The notes below the pieces were generated by a model. That model was not told where the DNA came from. It searched no databases and saw nothing but the letters and a program-made list of their open reading frames with translations. Below are positions 26,901 through 31,875 of a DNA stretch of 31,875 bases, piece after piece. The stretch spans positions 1 through 31,875 of IMG/VR virus record IMGVR_UViG_3300031519_000131. One strand, 5' to 3'. This DNA comes from a virus. Taxonomy: Duplodnaviria > Caudoviricetes. The translations under genes and the position numbers were made by a program. Within the stretch, counting starts at the first letter, position 1. The number at the start of each line of letters is the position of its first letter.

Positions 26901-27439
26901 TGAATAACATTTACATTAGCTGTAAAAGTTACACCGTCCATTGTAAAGTTAGCGTCATCTTCTAACTCACCATTTGGCCCTACAATAACTATACGGTCTT
27001 CGGTTAAGTCTAATATGTTTGCTGAACCAGCTGTTAGTTGTAAATTTATATTAGCATTTTGGTCTACTTGTAAATCTCCTTCTATAACAGTGTCTCCTGC
27101 TATATTGATAGTATCACCTATAGCATTTTGAGATATAATTGTTTTAGTAATAGTTGCTGTTTGGCATTCACCTTGAAAAACAGGATCAGTCCACATTGTA
27201 ATATAACGTTCTTCAGTACCAGTAGGGTCTTGTCTTACCATTCCCTCTTCTGTAGCACATTTAAAGTCTCCCCATTTAATTACAAATGGTTCCATAGTAG
27301 GATTATACGCAGCACCAGTGTTTAAGGTACTATTTTGATAAAGTTTTCCAAATTCAAAGTGATCTCTGATTTTGTCTAACTTTTTCTTCTTTTTGTTTCG
27401 TCTAAGTAAACCTAAAACTTCTTGTGTATATACACTCAT
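23975..27439 (-). CDS. large virion fibre/adhesin with fibre repeats, cadherin/Ig-like domains and a C-terminal VWA-like domain
   Basis: G/T/N/D-rich; EDT...P.NGTV....G.FTYTP..Y.G.D...VDDAP (Big_9-like); PSWLTF...GTLSGT; WFDGSGSM. Confidence 0.7.
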   Translation of the reverse strand: MSVYTQEVLGLLRRNKKKKKLDKIRDHFEFGKLYQNSTLNTGAAYNPTMEPFVIKWGDFKCATEEGMVRQDPTGTEERYITMWTDPVFQGECQTATITKTIISQNAIGDTINIAGDTVIEGDLQVDQNANINLQLTAGSANILDLTEDRIVIVGPNGELEDDANFTMDGVTFTANVNVIHGTDVPAGVPTHTTTINSNLKLEGPVYDSLGVIGGLNKVLVGLADGRVKWQDDDVVEALTYGSLWQGDATNYKVELPIGTVDQILISDGTTFSWEDNPAAIVGEVCTVNTIPLWTPDSNTLGCSKLFQDGNNATPATNVTSSVTFNVVNTTSSIINVGNVAFNGTNRFNFIGFNNFSSGLSSTSNGNTIISSFYTSTAISTYNNYIDFSYTNGSDTQKLTIGGNFSEVVHPGLVNGSVQILPDLELEKVDDDNTLDKVLVRDVTTGIIKQRDASTIKPQVGFDTLAMLPDGWASAQGNFNAVVALDDTTTAVKSIKDMDWLVDGDRVVVIAANVKTGSLLADNVIQFPTWSSSNFTSVSNQTSWNQSSIGTGWTGAINNGYQTSTLLFGEKLKFKAELYEIPTTGTAQLNWDACCKIYSENTCPTGSNGSATIDEDTSFSGSFNGVDDGYGGYGLTYLIVSGPSNGTVTLTDPSTGAFTYTPNTNYFGTDVITWVAMDGYCTSNQFTFTITINAVDDAPIWTSTDPVTDNTYPNLTGGDIWTYNWTVADADTPCASLTFPSQTIPSWLTFTNNGDCTGTLSGTFPATGGTFSVQLNVSDGTSTSSQSFEIGGLAVDNDTYFVTWFDGSGSMDTTGIILSAISSTSTVIAQSDGTGSGTTLRLNQGTSNDVGMYVDDPSGNAFNGYELLVVGMTVSGTGIPAGTTIVTAPTNNQPFLTLSNNHTTSAGDIITFARTTAQKTADYNDGSTFRNLLQDFYATGGVEGTPDFNTDPATNGADRYDTHVKFGWDNYPIEGNGERQIQYLANLGNPINTGAGQLFENASTVVIMAWGDESNNWYYSGGNGTLFTDPTTGNGSRVANDVAEVQQFITTSETNAGNNQIYRGIWFSVADVTTYRQIGQGLQNGVSPNSQFGGTWTDADLLTAQSSGSPTRIQYAGQTGDANYLNGIAAANNTAGYYRSVVLAKLNDSGFTTLT

Positions 27440-27450
27440 GATTCAATTAT

Positions 27451-27795
27451 TTATAAATACAAAGCAGCAACCTTTATTGTGGTTTGGGCTGAGCATGTTA
27501 TTGTTATATTACCTGCAGTACTATTAAAAGCTGCAATTTCAAATGGCCCAAGAAAACCTTCTTCACTTGCTGCTAAGTTTAGAATTGCATTTTCTTTAAC
27601 TAATTGTCCTAATGAAGCATCTTCGTATGTAGTTATAATAGGTACTACGGTTGCAGTTATTGCTGCCGCACTATTATTTTGTACATGAAAAAATTCTTTA
27701 CCAGTATTAGCTAATTGATCACCACCTGCTGTCGGTGTGACATAGGTGGGTTCTAAACCAGATTGTGATATTTGTTGAGCTGTTAATTGTGCCAT
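27451..27795 (-). CDS. putative small virion protein (beta-rich)
   Basis: A/T/G-rich 114 aa, directly upstream of the fibre gene. Confidence 0.55.
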   Translation of the reverse strand: MAQLTAQQISQSGLEPTYVTPTAGGDQLANTGKEFFHVQNNSAAAITATVVPIITTYEDASLGQLVKENAILNLAASEEGFLGPFEIAAFNSTAGNITITCSAQTTIKVAALYL

Positions 27796-27800
27796 AATTT

Positions 27801-28043
27801 CTAACTGTTTCTATATCCACTTTTAAAAGCTTCTGATTGAACAGGCTCTGCTGCTCTAGTAGACTTTTGTGGTGGATTTAAGTTTGTTTTTTTTGCCAAT
27901 TTAATCCTAGCTTCAACTTTCTTTTTATTTCTAGATGATTGTAAAGCTTGTTGTACAGACGTAGGATTATAATAACCATTGGTTGTTTCTCTTTTGAACA
28001 CTTCCCCTTGCATAGGGAATGATGCTTTATTTGCTTTACCCAT
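27801..28043 (-). CDS. small basic hypothetical protein
   Basis: ORF track; tight spacing in the minus-strand operon. Confidence 0.65.
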   Translation of the reverse strand: MGKANKASFPMQGEVFKRETTNGYYNPTSVQQALQSSRNKKKVEARIKLAKKTNLNPPQKSTRAAEPVQSEAFKSGYRNS

Positions 28044-28045
28044 GA

Positions 28046-28228
28046 TTATTTCTTTTTAGATTTTGTTCCACCATACATTTTATAATCTATAACTGATCCA
28101 CCAGCCATAAAACCTTTTAATCCTCCATCTTTGGCCATTGATACCATTCCTGCTTTACCTGGAGTCATATCTCCATCACCAGCACCTCTTGTAAACCCAC
28201 CGCCATAATTGTATTTTTTACTTTTCAT
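28046..28228 (-). CDS. small basic Gly/Met-rich peptide with repeated hydrophobic-x-x-GG motifs
   Basis: YNYGG, AKDGG, FMAGG, KMYGG; Lys-rich termini. Confidence 0.65.
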   Translation of the reverse strand: MKSKKYNYGGGFTRGAGDGDMTPGKAGMVSMAKDGGLKGFMAGGSVIDYKMYGGTKSKKK

Positions 28229-28245
28229 AATGTTTGTTTTAAAAA

Positions 28246-28650
28246 TTATTTGTTATTATTTTTTACTTTTTCTAATGACCTTCCACCAAAATAAGCACCA
28301 ATTACTGTTATTAAAACTAGTTGTAGTAAATCTACCCACTTGTCTTCTACTATAAAATCTATAACTCCAGCGTCTATAAATACCAATATTACTGTTGATA
28401 CAACTAAGAATATAAGAACCATAGGCCTCACATTTTTGCTAAGCCATGAATCTGAATTCATGTCCGAGGACCACCTTGAAGTTATTTCTGTTTCCATTTC
28501 AACTTCGTGCTTGGCTATTAACTCTTTTATTTTTAATTCAGCAGCAAGCTTCTCATCTTTTGATGTAATAAGTTCGTCCAATACATTACCTATTCCTTCA
28601 ACTAATTTAGTTGCACCATTTGAAAACAATCTTGTTATAAAGTTTGGCAT
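28246..28650 (-). CDS. holin (GTA 3TM-holin-like)
   Basis: SKDEK, RW..DM.SDSWLSKNVRP, two hydrophobic helices, AYFGGRSLEK. Confidence 0.8.
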   Translation of the reverse strand: MPNFITRLFSNGATKLVEGIGNVLDELITSKDEKLAAELKIKELIAKHEVEMETEITSRWSSDMNSDSWLSKNVRPMVLIFLVVSTVILVFIDAGVIDFIVEDKWVDLLQLVLITVIGAYFGGRSLEKVKNNNK

Positions 28651-28664
28651 ATTATTTATTTTAT

Positions 28665-29261
28665 TTATACTATTGCTTCTGTTGATAATGCTCCGGTATT
28701 ATCAACTATTATTTTCCAAACACTTCCATTTGGTGCATTTAAACGCACTTCTGTAGCATGATTAAAACTTATTTCATTAGTATTTGCAGTTACATTTATA
28801 CCTGGACTTAATATACTTTTAAGATTTAATGTTTCACCAACTTTATCTTTATAAATACCAAGACCTGTTCCTACATTAGCTGCAGTATTTGGCTCACCTG
28901 TAGTTGCTAATTCTACATAATCATTATCAGAAGATGTAGCAACAGAAAGATTACTACTTAAAGACTTTAAAGATCTAAAGTAAACAGTGCATTCATCTGT
29001 TTCAGGATCTACAACAGTCTTCTGATAAATCTGACCTTTACTTGTTGGAACAGCTGGAGCATTTGCATAACTGCAATGTTCAGCAGCAATTTTAAAGTCT
29101 CTAACTTTTATAACCTTTACACTTTTATAAGGTATAGGTGATGCAACACCGGTCATTTCTGGTTGCTCATGAGTACCTAATATAAGAACATCATCTGGTA
29201 ATGCTTTTTTAGCATAGACAGATCTTCTTATTAAACTTAATACATCAGTTAAAATGTTCAT
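28665..29261 (-). CDS. putative short fibre/virion protein
   Basis: FRSLKS and NVGTGLGIYKDK.G..LNLKSI fibre-like repeats; C-terminal L.APNG..W.I.VDN.GAL; N-terminus shared with the large fibre. Confidence 0.6.
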   Translation of the reverse strand: MNILTDVLSLIRRSVYAKKALPDDVLILGTHEQPEMTGVASPIPYKSVKVIKVRDFKIAAEHCSYANAPAVPTSKGQIYQKTVVDPETDECTVYFRSLKSLSSNLSVATSSDNDYVELATTGEPNTAANVGTGLGIYKDKVGETLNLKSILSPGINVTANTNEISFNHATEVRLNAPNGSVWKIIVDNTGALSTEAIV

Positions 29262-29434
29262 TTTTTCTTCTTTCTTTTACCACTATAAGTGTTATGTGTA
29301 CCTCCACCAAGAGCATATGACATTACTTCCTTTTGAATGAATTTTTTATTTAATTCACCACCATCTGTTGATAATAATTTCCCAGCACTTTTGGGTGCTT
29401 TTTGCATTGGTAAACAAGGTCTCTCTTTTGCCAT
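29258..29434 (-). CDS. small basic peptide (58 aa), not in ORF track
   Basis: MAKERPCLPMQKAPKSAGKLLSTDGGELNKKFIQKEVMSYALGGGTHNTYSGKRKKKK; ATGA overlap with 29261 start. Confidence 0.65.
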   Translation of the reverse strand: MAKERPCLPMQKAPKSAGKLLSTDGGELNKKFIQKEVMSYALGGGTHNTYSGKRKKKK

Positions 29435-29445
29435 CTTAATTTAAT

Positions 29446-29592
29446 TTATATATCCAATGTAAACGTTACAAAGAATAAATATAGTTTTACAGTTGTATAA
29501 TCATATTCACCATCCGGTCTCATAAATTCCCAGCCTAGGGCTAGCCTATCATGAGGCCAATGAAATGCTATTTCTAATGCGCAATCTCCCAT
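29446..29592 (-). CDS. hypothetical protein (48 aa), not in ORF track
   Basis: MGDCALEIAFHWPHDRLALGWEFMRPDGEYDYTTVKLYLFFVTFTLDI; TAATG coupling. Confidence 0.6.
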   Translation of the reverse strand: MGDCALEIAFHWPHDRLALGWEFMRPDGEYDYTTVKLYLFFVTFTLDI

Positions 29593-29693
29593 TATATTTT
29601 ACTTTTAGTTTTATTACATAATCCTTGACGGCAATGACCTAAACAAACTCTACCTTTTGTAAACCACTGAATTAATAAGCATATTTGTCTCAT
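29592..29693 (-). CDS. Cys-rich micro-protein (33 aa), not in ORF track
   Basis: MRQICLLIQWFTKGRVCLGHCRQGLCNKTKSKI; TAATG-coupled on both sides. Confidence 0.55.
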   Translation of the reverse strand: MRQICLLIQWFTKGRVCLGHCRQGLCNKTKSKI

Positions 29694-29959
29694 TATTTAG
29701 TTTGTTTTTTCTTTCTGCCTTTTCTAGCTTTACCCTTAACAGCATCATCAATATCACCAAGTTGATTACCAACTTCTTTTATTGCTTTACCTACATCAGC
29801 CAATTCAGCTGCAGTTAGTTTAAATCTTTTTTTAACTTCTTTAACTGTGGCTATAACTTTTTCATCAACAGAAGTTTTTGACCATATAGTATTCCAATAG
29901 TCTTGAAGACTATAAGTCCATATGATATTAATTAATCTTTTTATCATAACAAAGTGCAT
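29693..29959 (-). CDS. hypothetical coiled-coil protein with basic tail (start may be ATG 29947)
   Basis: ORF track; first gene of the minus-strand operon. Confidence 0.7.
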   Translation of the reverse strand: MHFVMIKRLINIIWTYSLQDYWNTIWSKTSVDEKVIATVKEVKKRFKLTAAELADVGKAIKEVGNQLGDIDDAVKGKARKGRKKKQTK

Positions 29960-30027
29960 TTATTGTACTATATAAATAATATACAAATTTTGTATCAATT
30001 TAACAACTCAAAGACATAAAGATATAT

Positions 30028-30035
30028 TATCTTTG
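30028..30035 (+). promoter_or_regulatory. candidate Bacteroidota -7 promoter element
   Basis: TATCTTTG in the divergent intergenic region, 24 nt before ATG 30060. Confidence 0.5.
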
Positions 30036-30059
30036 TTTGTCTATAATAAATTAAAATTT

Positions 30060-30248
30060 ATGAATGAAATAGATCCAATACAATTTAAAAACAAATTTAG
30101 TGTTGAATTTTTACCAACAGAAACTCTTTTTGGTATGAAATTAGTCAACTGTGAGGTATTATGTACAGATAAAATATACCGTCCTGTAACGGGTATTGAA
30201 ATAGGTTTAATTTTTTTAACATTAAGTTATGTAAATATAAGTAATTAA
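30060..30248 (+). CDS. hypothetical protein (ATG 30060 preferred to TTG 30033)
   Basis: The TTG falls in the promoter element; product has alternating hydrophobic strands. Confidence 0.6.
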   Translation: MNEIDPIQFKNKFSVEFLPTETLFGMKLVNCEVLCTDKIYRPVTGIEIGLIFLTLSYVNISN

Positions 30249-30292
30249 ATTTTTTGATCTCATAAATATTTCATACTTTATAATTACTAAAC

Positions 30293-30329
30293 AGCTGCAT
30301 TTTCATTCTAGAAGATGCGGCTTTTATTT
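30293..30329 (+). terminator. stem-loop with U-rich tail upstream of nrdB
   Basis: 12-bp stem AGCTGCATTTTC/GAAGATGCGGCT (2 G-U), loop ATTCTA, then TTTATTT. Confidence 0.6.
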
Positions 30330-30367
30330 CCTATAAGGAATATCTAAACCTAATAAACATAGCAAAT

Positions 30368-31348
30368 ATGAATAAAAACATTTTTCAATCCAGAACAAAC
30401 ATTTTACCTTATGAATACCCGCAACTCCTAGCATATAAAGATGCCATTAGACATTCCTACTGGATTGACACAGAGTTTAATTTTACAGAAGATATACAAG
30501 ATTTTAAAGTAACCATTACGCCATCAGAGCGTGATGTTATTAAAAAGACTATGTTGGCTATTGCACAAATAGAAGTTAATGTGAAAACATTTTGGGCTGA
30601 TATGTACAAACGCATGCCTATTACTGAGGTAGGAGATGTAGGAATGACATTTGCTGAATCAGAAGTTAGACATAAAGATGCTTATGCTAGGCTGCTTAGA
30701 ATACTAGGACTTGAAAAAGAATTTCAAAGTGTTATTGAAGTGCCTGCTATTGCAGGTAGACTTAAGTACTTAAAGAAGTACCTAGATGGTACACGTTCTA
30801 GAGATAACAAGATGTATACTAAATCTGTACTATTATTCTCTTTGTTTATAGAGCATGTAAGTTTGTTTAGTCAGTTCTTAATTATGATGAGTTTCAACAA
30901 AGAAAAGAATGTCTTTAAAGGTATATCTAACGTTGTAGAAGCTACTAGTAAGGAAGAAGAAATACACGGTAACTTTGGAGCTGAGATCATCAACATTATT
31001 AAGAAAGAAAATCCTGAGTGGTTTGATGAGGAGTTTGAAGAATTAATCTATTCTGCTTGTAAAAAAGCTTATACTGCTGAATGCGGCATACTAGATTGGA
31101 TATTTGAAAAAGGTGAACTAAAGTTTCTATCTAAGGAAACTATTCAAAATTTTATAAAGAACAGATTTAATAATTCTTTAGAGAAGATAGGCATGAATTC
31201 AATTTTTGATGTTGACTCAGAACTATTAACGTCTACTGAATGGTTTGACATAGAGATACTAGGAACCAAAGAAGGAGACTTCTTTTACAAAAAGAGTGTA
31301 GATTACAACAAGAAAAGCAAAAGCATTACAGAAGATGATCTTTTTTAA
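30368..31348 (+). CDS. nrdB: ribonucleotide reductase class I beta subunit (class Id-like)
   Basis: AIAQIE69..K73, E99..H102...Y106, IEHVSLFSQF, EEEIH, C-terminal DFF....VDY. Confidence 0.95.
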   Translation: MNKNIFQSRTNILPYEYPQLLAYKDAIRHSYWIDTEFNFTEDIQDFKVTITPSERDVIKKTMLAIAQIEVNVKTFWADMYKRMPITEVGDVGMTFAESEVRHKDAYARLLRILGLEKEFQSVIEVPAIAGRLKYLKKYLDGTRSRDNKMYTKSVLLFSLFIEHVSLFSQFLIMMSFNKEKNVFKGISNVVEATSKEEEIHGNFGAEIINIIKKENPEWFDEEFEELIYSACKKAYTAECGILDWIFEKGELKFLSKETIQNFIKNRFNNSLEKIGMNSIFDVDSELLTSTEWFDIEILGTKEGDFFYKKSVDYNKKSKSITEDDLF

Positions 31349-31367
31349 ACCTTTAATATCAAAAAAA

Positions 31368-31505
31368 ATGAAAATAACAACATTTAAACAAGTAGATCAA
31401 TTGTATCTAATACCAACTATAAAATTAACATATAGCAGGACTTTAAATGGTAACTTAGAAGTTATGTTGTGTTGGTTAGTGGGTGGAATTAGTATTGAAT
31501 TTTAA
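31368..31505 (+). CDS. hypothetical protein (45 aa) between nrdB and nrdA, not in ORF track
   Basis: MKITTFKQVDQLYLIPTIKLTYSRTLNGNLEVMLCWLVGGISIEF; A-rich leader. Confidence 0.6.
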   Translation: MKITTFKQVDQLYLIPTIKLTYSRTLNGNLEVMLCWLVGGISIEF

Positions 31506-31544
31506 ATTATGAAAAACAAAATAAAATTTTGAAAAACAAAACCA

Positions 31545-31875
31545 ATGGAATATAATAAATACTACTGGCTGAACGAGGACAGCCGTACATTTTTATCAAG
31601 AGGGTATATTACAGAAACCCCTGAACAAAGAATCAAAGACATTGCTATTAAAGCAGAAAAGTATTTGAATATAAAAGGATTTGCAGAAAAGTTTGAACAC
31701 TACATGGCCAAAGGATACTACTCTTTATCAACTCCAGTGTGGATCAATTTTGGTAAAGCAAAAGGATTACCTATCAGTTGTTACGGATCTAACGTAGATG
31801 ACAACTTGGACAGTATATTAAATGCTGGCCGTGAAATTGGAATGATGTCTAAGTATGGAGGTGGAACTTCAGCTT
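31545..31875 (+). CDS. nrdA: ribonucleotide reductase class I alpha subunit, 3'-truncated by window edge; no N-terminal ATP cone
   Basis: Manual translation MEYNKYYWLNEDSRTFLSRGY...SLSTPVWINFG..KGLPISCYG...MMSKYGGGTSA. Confidence 0.93.
   Translation, partial: MEYNKYYWLNEDSRTFLSRGYITETPEQRIKDIAIKAEKYLNIKGFAEKFEHYMAKGYYSLSTPVWINFGKAKGLPISCYGSNVDDNLDSILNAGREIGMMSKYGGGTSA

Noticed and set aside
25455-28756. Plus-strand ORFs 25455-25682, 27128-27325, 27422-27688 and 28340-28756
   Set aside because: Antisense shadows of the minus-strand structural operon
20219-31348. Introns or inteins in polB or nrdB
   Set aside because: Motifs are contiguous at compact spacing and no splice-junction motifs were seen
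1-31875. Stop-codon reassignment as in some crAss-like phages
   Set aside because: Code 11 gives near-complete coding density; TAG and TGA end genes with tight coupling and conserved enzymes are uninterrupted
1-31875. tRNA, rRNA, integrase, transposase or endolysin genes
   Set aside because: None recognised by eye; intergenic gaps are short and lack cloverleaf motifs; the holin's partner lysin is presumably outside the window

Overview
This window is a gene-dense, AT-rich fragment of a tailed dsDNA phage genome read in the standard genetic code. The host is inferred to be Bacteroidota, probably Flavobacteriia, from TAnnTTTG-type promoters, AT-rich leaders lacking Shine-Dalgarno sites and a Flavobacterium-type RNR. 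The replication gene set resembles crAss-like or marine Bacteroidota phages, but this is inference and no search was run. The + strand from 1 to 23.9 kb is an early/replication region: HTH proteins, HNH, SF2 helicase, NinB-like protein, uracil-DNA glycosylase, DnaA-domain-IV-like protein, DnaB-like helicase, AAA_24 ATPase, SSB-like proteins, primase, MazG, RusA-like resolvase, PD-(D/E)XK nuclease, family B DNA polymerase, a SET-domain protein and DUF932. The - strand from 23.9 to 30 kb carries a late/structural block with a fibre/adhesin, a holin and small basic peptides. Class I RNR genes (nrdB and a truncated nrdA) follow on the + strand. The best candidate for an undescribed system is a five-gene block at 12792-17724: a HExxH-peptidase/VWA gene and a MoxR-type AAA ATPase flanked by three genes that share one helical motif, two of them paralogues with a BRCT-like segment. 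Other highlights are class Id (Mn/superoxide) signatures in NrdB, an unannotated classical C2H2 zinc-finger micro-ORF, hairpins sharing a TTGATT loop, and hydrophobic-x-x-GG basic peptides. All assignments are by-eye motif recognition.
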